From an uncultured delta proteobacterium (lineage in GTDB: Bacteria > Myxococcota > Myxococcia > Myxococcales > Myxococcaceae), in contig CAVZMH010000020.1 in NCBI GenBank assembly GCA_963776345.1, positions 64,001 to 128,000 on the forward strand: a stretch of DNA of 64,000 nt, written 5' to 3'. Numbering within the stretch: position 1 is the first letter of the stretch; every line of letters starts with the position of its first letter. The notes beneath the pieces were generated by a model. The model made no database searches and was not told where the DNA came from. It saw nothing but the letters and a program-made list of their open reading frames with translations. Made by a program: the position numbers and the translations under genes. Shown here piece after piece: positions 1 through 11,477 of this stretch.

Positions 1-3044
<3,044 letters not shown>

Positions 3045-3045
3045 C

Positions 3046-4077
3046 ATGGCCAACGTCCGAGCTGCCCTGGCGCTGCTCCCGCGGGGAGCCATCACCGGCA
3101 TCGGGAGCCTGCCGCACACCCAGATGGAGCTGGCGCTGCAGATGGCGCTGGCGGTGGACGTGCCGTACCTGCCCCAGCTCCCGACGGAGAACCCCTCCGA
3201 GCTGATGGTGCCCGCGGCGCTGGAGGGGCTCCCCGGGCTGCAGGCCGCGGACGATGGCTCCTGCACCGTCGACCTCGAGGCCTGGGAGGCGGGGCGGGGC
3301 GCGCTCGACGCGCGGATCGACACCGCGCTGCGCACCGGTGACGCCTCCGGGTTCCTGCCCGGCGTCGCCTCCACCCGGGCGCTCCGGCCGTTCCTCTGGG
3401 AGGTGCGGGAGCGCAAGCTGGCCTTCGCCAAGGCGCAGCTCGCCGGACCGGCCACGGTGCGGTGGAGCTCGCGGCTGTCGACCGGCGCGCCGCTGTCCGA
3501 CCACCCGGGACTCGATGCGCAGGTCTTCCGGCTGGTGCTGGTGCGCTCGCTGGCCCTGGTGCAGGCGCTCCGGGCGGCCGGGGCGACGGCGGTCTTCTAC
3601 CTGGACGAGCCCGGGCTCTACGCGCTGGACACCAGCGACGCCGCGCACCTCGCGGTGCTCTCCGAGCTCCGGTTGCTGGTCTCGGCGCTCCGGCAGCAGG
3701 GCGCGCTGGTCGGTCTGCACTGCTGCGGCAACACGCGGTGGAGCGCGCTCCTGGACCTGGGCATCGACCTGCTCTCGTTCGACGTCCGGCTGTCGCTGGA
3801 CGCGGTGCTGGACGAGCCCCGGGCGGTGAAGCGCTTCCTCGACCAGGGCGGGGCGTTCTCGCTGGGCCTGGTTCCCACGGACCTGGGCCAGGAGGCGGAT
3901 TCGCAGGAGCTGGCCCGGGCGGTGGAGACCTCGTTCGCCGCCGCGCTGCCGGATCGCCCCGAGGCGCTGCGTCAGTTCCTGGCCACGCCGGCGTGCGGGC
4001 TGGCCATGCGCTCGGTGCTCGAGGCCGAGCGGATCTTCGAGCAGCTCAGGGCCGCGCGGTCAGCCCTGCTGCGCTGA
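3046..4077 (+). CDS. Core (single-barrel) cobalamin-independent methionine synthase-like protein, URO-D/MetE superfamily
   Basis: N-terminal TGIGSLPH...YLPQLP, LDEP, putative Zn ligands HCC and PACGL; starts 1 nt after the metH stop. Confidence 0.7.
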   Translation: MANVRAALALLPRGAITGIGSLPHTQMELALQMALAVDVPYLPQLPTENPSELMVPAALEGLPGLQAADDGSCTVDLEAWEAGRGALDARIDTALRTGDASGFLPGVASTRALRPFLWEVRERKLAFAKAQLAGPATVRWSSRLSTGAPLSDHPGLDAQVFRLVLVRSLALVQALRAAGATAVFYLDEPGLYALDTSDAAHLAVLSELRLLVSALRQQGALVGLHCCGNTRWSALLDLGIDLLSFDVRLSLDAVLDEPRAVKRFLDQGGAFSLGLVPTDLGQEADSQELARAVETSFAAALPDRPEALRQFLATPACGLAMRSVLEAERIFEQLRAARSALLR

Positions 4078-4081
4078 GCCC

Positions 4082-4405
4082 TCAGCCGCAACCGGCCAAC
4101 AGCTCGCGCTCGGCCTGCGTCCAGTTCTCCGAGTCCCGGCCAGCGACGCACCCGGTCTGGAGCCAGATCTCGTAGGCGCGGCGGGCAATCTGCTCCTCGG
4201 TGGGCAGCGGCCGCGGGGGGACCGAGACGCGGTGCAGCTCCGACTTGCGCGGGGCCGGGATGGCGGCGGCGCCACGCGGGGGGCGCGGGGCGGGCGCGGG
4301 CCGGGCGGCGTGCGGCGCTCCGGTCTCGGTGGCGATGGCCGTTGTCCGGCTCGAGCCGGACGGCTCGCGGGTGTCGGCTGCGGTGGAGTGTCTCTTCGAC
4401 GGCAT
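4082..4405 (-). CDS. DUF2934-domain small protein
   Basis: C-terminal EEQIARRAYEIW...G.D.ENW.QAEREL signature; ATG at 4405 preceded by purine-rich AGGAAGG. Confidence 0.8.
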   Translation of the reverse strand: MPSKRHSTAADTREPSGSSRTTAIATETGAPHAARPAPAPRPPRGAAAIPAPRKSELHRVSVPPRPLPTEEQIARRAYEIWLQTGCVAGRDSENWTQAERELLAGCG

Positions 4406-4691
4406 TGGCGGTGCGTCCCTTCCTCTTCTTCTCCACCCGGAAGGCCGGGTCCGTCCAGACACGGGGTGTCGCCCGACATTGAGCGAACCGCGAAAAGCCA
4501 GGCAATGTTCCGCACAAGACGCGGGGCGTCGTCCATAGACCGAGGGTGCAACACGGGGGCGTGTTCCAGGGTCCAAGGCACAACGCAGAGCGTCATGCTG
4601 GCCGGCAACGCGTCCGTCGCTGCGGTCTCCTTTTCGCTGGTACGGAAAGACGGGGTGACCTACTCCGGACGACCCGCTGAGGAGTGAATCG

Positions 4692-5870
4692 ATGCACGCC
4701 CGTCGCCTCGTCCTCGCCATCGCCGCCCTCGCCCTCGCCGCCTGTCAGCAGAGCAAGCCCGGGCGGATCGGCATCATCACCGCCCTGACCGGCAGCCAGC
4801 AGGCCTTCGGCCAGGCCCACGACCGCGGGTTCGAGATGGCGCTGGAGGAGATCAACGCCGCCGGCGGCGTGCTGGGGAAGCCCCTGGAGATCGTGAAGTA
4901 CGACGACCAGAGCAAGGCGGACAGCGCGGCCCAGGGCGTGGCGAAGCTGGTGGACCAGGACAAGGTGAGCACGCTCATCGGCTCGTACTCGTCCGAGAGC
5001 ACCAAGGCCATCGTCCCCCTGGTCGCCCGGCGCGGGGTGCCGCTCCTGATGCCCACCGCGACCGCGGACAACGTCCTCGAGAACACCCAGGGCTGGAGCT
5101 TCCGCCTCTGCTCCGGGGCGACCGACTACGCCAACGGCATGGTGAGCTTCTGGAAGGACGCCGGCACGCCGAAGAGCCTTGCCATCGTCTACGAGAACAC
5201 CAACTTCGGGCAGGCCAACGGCGCGGCGATGAAGAAGGCGGCCACCGAGGCGGCCATCCCGATCGTCGCCGACGAGTCGTACACCGCGAAGTCCCCGAGC
5301 TACACCGCGATGCTCCAGAAGGTGAAGGAGAAGTCGCCCGACGCCATCTACTTCGCCAGCTACCTGCTCGACGCCACCAGCCTCATGCACCAGTCGCGGC
5401 AGGTGGACGTGAACGCGCGCTACTTCAGCGCCGCCGGCACCGGCTTCAGCACGCCCGAGTTCCCCACCGAGGACAAGGGCGCGGGCAAGGACGCCGAGTA
5501 CACCTTCAGCGTGACCCAGTGGATGCCCGAGTCGAAGTGGCCGGGCAGCGCGCAGTTCGCCGAGAAGTTCAAGGCCCGGTACGGCTCCACCCCGGCCTAC
5601 CACGCGGTGCAGGCCTACACCGCGCTGAAGGTGATGGCCGCGGCGGTGAAGAAGGCCGGGAAGTGGGACCCCATCGCGATCCGCGACGCGCTCAAGGCGA
5701 CCGACATGCCGGAGACCACCTTCGGCCCGGTGAAGTTCGACGCCCGGGGGCAGAACCTCCATCCGGTACTGGTGACGCAGATCCAGAAGGGGAAGTACGT
5801 CATCGTCCACCCCAGGGCCGAGGCCACCGGGGATCCGATCGTCCCCACCCCGAAGTGGAACGAGCGCTGA
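4692..5870 (+). CDS. Branched-chain amino acid-type ABC transporter substrate-binding lipoprotein (LivJ/K family)
   Basis: Lipobox LAAC, EEINAAGGVLGK motif, GAGGAG RBS, first gene of a liv-like operon. Confidence 0.92.
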   Translation: MHARRLVLAIAALALAACQQSKPGRIGIITALTGSQQAFGQAHDRGFEMALEEINAAGGVLGKPLEIVKYDDQSKADSAAQGVAKLVDQDKVSTLIGSYSSESTKAIVPLVARRGVPLLMPTATADNVLENTQGWSFRLCSGATDYANGMVSFWKDAGTPKSLAIVYENTNFGQANGAAMKKAATEAAIPIVADESYTAKSPSYTAMLQKVKEKSPDAIYFASYLLDATSLMHQSRQVDVNARYFSAAGTGFSTPEFPTEDKGAGKDAEYTFSVTQWMPESKWPGSAQFAEKFKARYGSTPAYHAVQAYTALKVMAAAVKKAGKWDPIAIRDALKATDMPETTFGPVKFDARGQNLHPVLVTQIQKGKYVIVHPRAEATGDPIVPTPKWNER

Positions 5871-5871
5871 C

Positions 5872-6735
5872 GTGTCCTTCCTGCAGGCCTTCCTCAACGG
5901 CCTGCTGGTCGGGGGCGTCTACGCGCTGATCGCCAGCGGCATGGCGCTGATCTTCGGCGTCATGCGCCTGGTGAACTTCGCCCACGGCGCGTTCCTGATG
6001 CTGGGGACCTACCTCGGCTACTACGGCTGGACGCTGCTGGGGCTGAACCCGTACCTCGCCTTCCCGCTCTGGGGCGCGGTGCTCTTCGCCCTGGCGGTGG
6101 GCACGTACTGGCTCCTGGTCCGCCGGGTGATGGGGGCCAGCGATTTCTTGCAGATCCTCCTCACCGAGGGAATCAGCCTGACGATCATCGGCGCCGCGCA
6201 GCTGGCCTTCGGGGCGGACTACCGGCAGATCAACCTCCCCATCGCCAACCGCATCACCTCGCTCGGTCCGCTGCACTTCAGCGTGGGCTACATCCTGAGC
6301 TTCGCGGTGTCGGTGGCGCTGGTGCTGACGCTCCGGCAGTTCCTCGCCCGCACCGAGATGGGGCGAGCCATCCGCGCCGTGGCCCAGAACCGGACCGTGG
6401 CCCCGCTGATGGGCATCCGGGTGGAGCGGGTGTCGGCCATCACGTTCGGGCTGGGCATCGCCTGCGCCGGTGTGGCCGGGGCGCTCCTGCTGCCCATCTT
6501 CTGGACCAACCCCACCGTGGGCGCTCCGTACACGCTCAAGTCGTTCGTCATCGTGGTGCTGGGAGGGATGGGCAGCGTGCAGGGCGCGGCGCTGGGCGGG
6601 CTCCTGCTCGGGGTGGCCGAGCAGTTCACGGCCTACACCTGGGCCGACCGCTACACCGAGGTGGTCAACTTCATCCTCTTCCTCGCGGTGCTGCTCTTCC
6701 GGCCCCAGGGACTCTTCGGAGGGAAGGGCGCGTGA
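5872..6735 (+). CDS. livH: ABC transporter permease, LivH family
   Basis: GVYALIASGMALIFGVMRLVNFAHG and VVLGGMGS motifs; hydrophobic. Confidence 0.92.
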   Translation: MSFLQAFLNGLLVGGVYALIASGMALIFGVMRLVNFAHGAFLMLGTYLGYYGWTLLGLNPYLAFPLWGAVLFALAVGTYWLLVRRVMGASDFLQILLTEGISLTIIGAAQLAFGADYRQINLPIANRITSLGPLHFSVGYILSFAVSVALVLTLRQFLARTEMGRAIRAVAQNRTVAPLMGIRVERVSAITFGLGIACAGVAGALLLPIFWTNPTVGAPYTLKSFVIVVLGGMGSVQGAALGGLLLGVAEQFTAYTWADRYTEVVNFILFLAVLLFRPQGLFGGKGA

Positions 6736-7688
6736 GCCGGCTTCCCTGGTGGCCGACGGTGGTCTTCTTCGTCGCACTGACCAGCATGCCGCTGTGGATG
6801 CACGACGGGTACATCCTCCAGCTCGTGTTCCGGGTGGTGGTGTTCGCGGTGCTGGGCATCGCCTGGAACTTCGTGGGTGGGTACGCCGGCCAGCTGAGCC
6901 TGGGCCACGTGGCGTACTTCGGCATCGGCGCCTACGCGATGACCCTCTCCACCGAGCGCATCGGCTGGAACCCCTGGCTGGGCGTGGTGCTCGGCGCGGT
7001 GCTGGCGGCGGTGGCGGCGCTGCTCATCGGGAGCATCACCTTCCGGCTCCGCGGGCCGTACTTCGCGCTCTCCACCATCGCCACGGCGGAGATCATCCGG
7101 GTGCTGGTGCAGAACCAGGACACGCTGACCCACGGCGCGGTGGGCACCAACGCCCCGCTTCTCTTCCAGGCCCCGGACCTGGACGCCAAGTTCTTCTTCG
7201 GCGCCATGCCGCTGCTGGGCGGGGCCTTCGCCCTGGCCACGTGGATCCACACCTCGCGGTTCGGTTACCGGCTCCGGGCCATCCGGGAGAACGAGAACAC
7301 CGCGATGGCGGTGGGTGTGAACCCGGCGGTGGACAAGCTCCTGGCTCTGATCCCCAGTGCGATGGTGACCGCGCTCGCCGGGAGCATGTACGCGAGCTAC
7401 TTCAGCTTCGTGGGGCCGGACACGGTGCTGAACATCGAGATCTCGGTCCAGGCGGCGCTGATCGCCATGCTCGGCGGCGCGGCCACGGTCTGGGGGCCGA
7501 TCCTCGGCTCCATCGTGCTCACCCTCACCGCGGAGATCTTCAAGAACTACTTCGAGCACACGCACCTGGTGGTCTACGGGCTCTTGCTGGTGGTGGTGGT
7601 GGTGTTCCTCCCGGGCGGGGTCATCTCGCTCTTCCAGCGGCGGTGGCGGTTCCGGCGGCAGGCCGGCCCCATCGGCGCGCCGCAGTAG
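6732..7688 (+). CDS. livM: ABC transporter permease, LivM family
   Basis: GYAGQLSLGHVAYFGIGAY and RLRGPYFALST motifs; 4-nt overlap with livH. Confidence 0.92.
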   Translation: MSRLPWWPTVVFFVALTSMPLWMHDGYILQLVFRVVVFAVLGIAWNFVGGYAGQLSLGHVAYFGIGAYAMTLSTERIGWNPWLGVVLGAVLAAVAALLIGSITFRLRGPYFALSTIATAEIIRVLVQNQDTLTHGAVGTNAPLLFQAPDLDAKFFFGAMPLLGGAFALATWIHTSRFGYRLRAIRENENTAMAVGVNPAVDKLLALIPSAMVTALAGSMYASYFSFVGPDTVLNIEISVQAALIAMLGGAATVWGPILGSIVLTLTAEIFKNYFEHTHLVVYGLLLVVVVVFLPGGVISLFQRRWRFRRQAGPIGAPQ

Positions 7689-7697
7689 GCCCTGGCC

Positions 7698-8438
7698 ATG
7701 GCGCGGATCCTCGAGTTCGAGAAGGTGAGCAAGCGGTTCGGCGGTCTGCTGGCGACCAACGAGGTCAGCTTCCACGTCGACGAGGGGGAGATCGTCTTCC
7801 TGATCGGCCCGAACGGGGCCGGGAAGACCACCGTCTTCAACCTGATCACCGGGTACGTGAAGCCGGACGCGGGCACCATCCGCTTCGCTGGCCAGGACAT
7901 CACCGGGAAGGAGCCGTACCAGGCGACCCGGCTAGGAATCGGGCGGACCTTCCAGGTCGTCCAGCCGCTGCCGGCGCTCACCGTGCGCGAGAACGTGATG
8001 CTGGGGACGTTTCTCAAGCACAAGCGCCGGGCGGACGCCGCGGCCCGGGCGGACCAGGTGCTGGAGTTCATGGGGCTGCGTGCGCGCGCCGACCAGCTGG
8101 CCAGCGGGCTGCCGCTGGCGCAGCGCAAGCTCCTGGAGGTGGCCCGGGCCATCGGCACCGGAGCGCGCCTCCTGCTCCTGGACGAGGTGATGGCGGGGCT
8201 GAACCCGCGCGAGGCCGAGGAGGTGGTGGCGCTCATCAAGCGGCTCCGCGAGTTCGGCATCACCAGCGTGGGCGGGGTAGAGCACATCATGCGGATCGTG
8301 ATGTCGCTCGCCTCGCGGGTGGTGGTGCTCGACCAGGGGCGGAAGATCGCGGAAGGACCGCCGGCCGAGGTGGTGCACGACCAGAAGGTCATCGAGGCCT
8401 ACCTGGGCACCAAGTTCGTGGCCGGGGGCGCGCGATGA
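7698..8438 (+). CDS. livG: ABC transporter ATP-binding protein, LivG family
   Basis: Walker A GPNGAGKT, LLLLDE, C-terminal VIEAYLG. Confidence 0.93.
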   Translation: MARILEFEKVSKRFGGLLATNEVSFHVDEGEIVFLIGPNGAGKTTVFNLITGYVKPDAGTIRFAGQDITGKEPYQATRLGIGRTFQVVQPLPALTVRENVMLGTFLKHKRRADAAARADQVLEFMGLRARADQLASGLPLAQRKLLEVARAIGTGARLLLLDEVMAGLNPREAEEVVALIKRLREFGITSVGGVEHIMRIVMSLASRVVVLDQGRKIAEGPPAEVVHDQKVIEAYLGTKFVAGGAR

Positions 8439-9145
8439 CCGCCCTCCTGGAATTGAACGAGGTGGTGGCCTTCTACGGGGACTTCCAGGCCCTGTTCGGG
8501 GTGAGCTTCGAGGTGCGCCCCAACGAGGTGCTGGCGATGCTCGGGGGCAACGGCGCGGGGAAGACGACCTGTCTCCGGGTCATCTCCGGGCTCCTGCGCC
8601 CGCGCTCGGGGACGGTGCGCTTCGAGGGGAAGGACATCACCCGGACCGCGCCGGACACCATCGTCGACCTGGGCATCGCCCACGTGCCGGAGGCGCGGCA
8701 GCTCTTCCCCGAGATGACGGTGGAGGAGAACCTCTACCTCGGCTCGCAGCTCCGGCGGGCGCGCGCCCACCGGGCGAGGAACCTGGAGCGGATGTACGCG
8801 CTCTTCCCCCGGCTCGCCGAGCGGCGGAAGCAGCTCGCGGGCACGCTCTCGGGAGGCGAGCAGCAGATGGTGGCCATCAGCCGGGCGCTGATGTCCGAGC
8901 CCAAGCTCCTGATGCTCGACGAGCCGTCGCTCGGGCTCTCCCCGAAGCTGACCGAGCAGACGCTGGCCGCGGTGCGGGAGATCGGCAAGTCGGTGACGGT
9001 GATGATCGTCGAGCAGAAGGTGATGGAGGGGCTGGAGATCTCCGACCGGGGGTACGTCATCGAGCACGGGAAGCTGGTGAAGGAGGGCGCGGCGGCCCAG
9101 CTGATCTCCGACCCCGGCATCCGAGAGGCTTACCTCGGGCTGTGA
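8435..9145 (+). CDS. livF: ABC transporter ATP-binding protein, LivF family
   Basis: ATG overlaps the livG stop (ATGA); GGNGAGKT, LSGGEQQM, LDEPSLGL. True start lies inside the long 6470..9145 ORF. Confidence 0.93.
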   Translation: MTALLELNEVVAFYGDFQALFGVSFEVRPNEVLAMLGGNGAGKTTCLRVISGLLRPRSGTVRFEGKDITRTAPDTIVDLGIAHVPEARQLFPEMTVEENLYLGSQLRRARAHRARNLERMYALFPRLAERRKQLAGTLSGGEQQMVAISRALMSEPKLLMLDEPSLGLSPKLTEQTLAAVREIGKSVTVMIVEQKVMEGLEISDRGYVIEHGKLVKEGAAAQLISDPGIREAYLGL

Positions 9146-9531
9146 GAACCTGGCGAGCCACGGCGGTCGTCTTGCTCCCCCTGGCGCTCGGCGCCTGCGC
9201 CCGCTCGTCTTCGCCCACGGACGGCACATCGGGCGGCGTGGTCGCCCCGGCCCCGACGGCAGGACGGGAGCCTTCGGTCCCGACGACCGCCTCTCCGTCC
9301 GCCGCTCCCGCGGGGGAGGCGGGGCCTCCGGTCGGGGAGGCCGGCGCGGCGGGCAGGAGCTGCCGCACCGATGCCGAGTGTGGGCGGGGCAAGGTCTGCG
9401 CAGGCTGTGGAGACGGGAAGATGGAGTGCGTCGGCGGGTGCAGCTCGTCGGCCGACTGCCCGGCGGGCCAGAGCTGCGTCCAGGTCCAGTGCGTCCGCTG
9501 TCCGTGCCCCGCGCAGTGCATGAAACGTTGA
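9142..9531 (+). CDS. Cys-rich lipoprotein
   Basis: Lipobox LGAC, Pro/Ala linker, C-terminal CRTDAEC...CSSSADC module with 12 Cys. Confidence 0.75.
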   Translation: MRTWRATAVVLLPLALGACARSSSPTDGTSGGVVAPAPTAGREPSVPTTASPSAAPAGEAGPPVGEAGAAGRSCRTDAECGRGKVCAGCGDGKMECVGGCSSSADCPAGQSCVQVQCVRCPCPAQCMKR

Positions 9532-9557
9532 GCCGGCGGGGGCACACGGAGGGTTTC

Positions 9558-10640
9558 ATGGGCCAGGTCGTGACGGTGCTCGCGCTGCTCCTCTCCGGCC
9601 TGGCCCGGGCCGAGGCGCCCGGCCTCGCGGTCCAGGTGCTCGGCTCCGGCGGACCGCGCCCCTCCGCGCAGGCCTCGAGCGGGACGCTGATCCTGGTGGA
9701 CGGGGTGGCGCGCATTCTGGTGGACGCCGGCCCCGGGACATTGCTTCGGGCCGGAGAATCCCAGGTGGACCTGTCGCAGCTCGACACGGTGCTCCTCACC
9801 CACCTGCACACGGACCACTCGGTCGAGCTGCCCTCGTTCGCGACGGTGCGCTCACTCGATGGCCGCGGCACGACGCGCCTGCGGGTCGTCGGCCCGGACG
9901 GGAACGCCGCGTTCCCGTCCACCCGCGCATTCGTCTCGGCCCTGCTCGGACCGCAGGGCGCGTTCCGTTACGTGCGGCACTTCGGGGCCGAGCTCACCAT
10001 CGAGGCGATGGACGTCCCGGCGGGTCCGCGGGCTGCGCCGAAGCAGCTCGCGCTCGGCGAGGGTCTCGTCGTCACCGCGCGGGGTCACCACCACGGGGAC
10101 GCACCGGCGGTTGCCTACCGCATCGAGCACGCCGGCAAGACGGTCGTCCTCACCGGCGACGTGGACCCGTCCGGACTCTCCTCCGTGGAGCAGCTCGCGT
10201 CGGGGGCGGACCTCCTGGTCATCAGCTGCTCGGTCCTGGACCCACCGGACTCGCCGCCGGGGCTGTACGAGCGCCACAGCCCACCGTCGGCGATCGGCCG
10301 GACGGCCGCGCGCGCCCGGGTGAAGGCGCTGCTCTGCACGCATCTGCCGCCGGCGGTGAGGGCGCATTCGGATGCGCTCCGGCGCTCGCTCGCCGCGGGC
10401 TTCCCGGGCCCGGTCACGCTGGCCACGGACGGGCTCGTCGTCCCGGTCGCTCCGGCGGGCGCGCCTGTCGGCCCGTGCCAGACGGACGCGGACTGCTCGC
10501 CGGCCCAGTCGTGTCTCTCGAGCGGCAGCCGGAGGGCGTGCGTCGCGGACTGCCGGAAGACGGGCTGCGGCGGGGGAGGAAGATGCGTCGAGGTGCACGA
10601 GTGCCGGATGGGTCCGTGCCCATGGGTCTGCGAGCGCTGA
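9558..10640 (+). CDS. Secreted metallo-beta-lactamase-fold hydrolase (RNase Z/arylsulfatase-like) with C-terminal Cys-rich module
   Basis: Signal peptide, VLGSGG, LVDAG, THLHTDH, TGD, THL; GGAGG RBS before ATG 9558. Confidence 0.85.
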   Translation: MGQVVTVLALLLSGLARAEAPGLAVQVLGSGGPRPSAQASSGTLILVDGVARILVDAGPGTLLRAGESQVDLSQLDTVLLTHLHTDHSVELPSFATVRSLDGRGTTRLRVVGPDGNAAFPSTRAFVSALLGPQGAFRYVRHFGAELTIEAMDVPAGPRAAPKQLALGEGLVVTARGHHHGDAPAVAYRIEHAGKTVVLTGDVDPSGLSSVEQLASGADLLVISCSVLDPPDSPPGLYERHSPPSAIGRTAARARVKALLCTHLPPAVRAHSDALRRSLAAGFPGPVTLATDGLVVPVAPAGAPVGPCQTDADCSPAQSCLSSGSRRACVADCRKTGCGGGGRCVEVHECRMGPCPWVCER

Positions 10641-10757
10641 CGGACGCATCAGCGACGCGCGGAGCGTTCGACAACCAGCGCTACTTCGGCCAGGAGTGCG
10701 TGCCAGCCAGCTGAACTCGCCGCCGGGCCGTCCTAGACTTCCCCAGCGAGGCGGACG

Positions 10758-11477
10758 ATGCGCTCGGTTCGCTCGGTCATCGTGGTGCTCTTGCTCGGAG
10801 GCATCGCCGGCGCCGGCGGCCCTGACGCCGGCCCTGCGCCGGACCGCCGCGCCGCCGAGCGGCTGCAGATGGTCGAGCGGTACATCGCGTCCGAGGGGAT
10901 CCGCGACCCGGCCACACTCCAGGCGATGCGGACCGTCCCTCGCCACGAGTTCGTGCCCCCGGGGCTGGTGGGCGTGGCCTACGAGAACCGCCCGCTGCCC
11001 ATCGGCCTCGGTCAGACCATCTCCCAGCCGTACATCGTGGCCTACCAGACCGAGGTCGTCCGCCCCCGCGAGGGCCTCAAGGTGCTCGAGGTGGGGACGG
11101 GCTCGGGCTACCAGGCCGCCGTCCTCGCCGCCGCCGGAGCGCGGGTCTACACGATGGAGATCTTCGCCGAGCTGGCCACCACCGCGCGGCAACGCCTGGA
11201 GCGGCTGGGCTACCGCGCGACCGTGCGCCACGGCGACGGCAACCTGGGCTGGCCGGAGGAGGCCCCCTTCGACGCCATCGTGGTCACCGCCGCGGCCTCC
11301 CACGTCCCTCCGGCGCTGATCGAGCAGCTCAAGCCCGGGGGACGGATGGTCATCCCGGTGGGGAGCATGTTCGGCGCCCAGAATCTGCTCCAGGTCGACA
11401 AGGACGCCTCCGGCACGGTGCGAACCCGCATCCTGCTCCCGGTCGCCTTCGTGCCGATGCTGAGCGGCCTCCGGTGA
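10758..11477 (+). CDS. pcm: Protein-L-isoaspartate O-methyltransferase
   Basis: VPRHEFVP, GQTISQPY, VLEVGTGSGYQAA, APFDAIVVTAA; N-terminal signal-like segment. Confidence 0.94.
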   Translation: MRSVRSVIVVLLLGGIAGAGGPDAGPAPDRRAAERLQMVERYIASEGIRDPATLQAMRTVPRHEFVPPGLVGVAYENRPLPIGLGQTISQPYIVAYQTEVVRPREGLKVLEVGTGSGYQAAVLAAAGARVYTMEIFAELATTARQRLERLGYRATVRHGDGNLGWPEEAPFDAIVVTAAASHVPPALIEQLKPGGRMVIPVGSMFGAQNLLQVDKDASGTVRTRILLPVAFVPMLSGLR

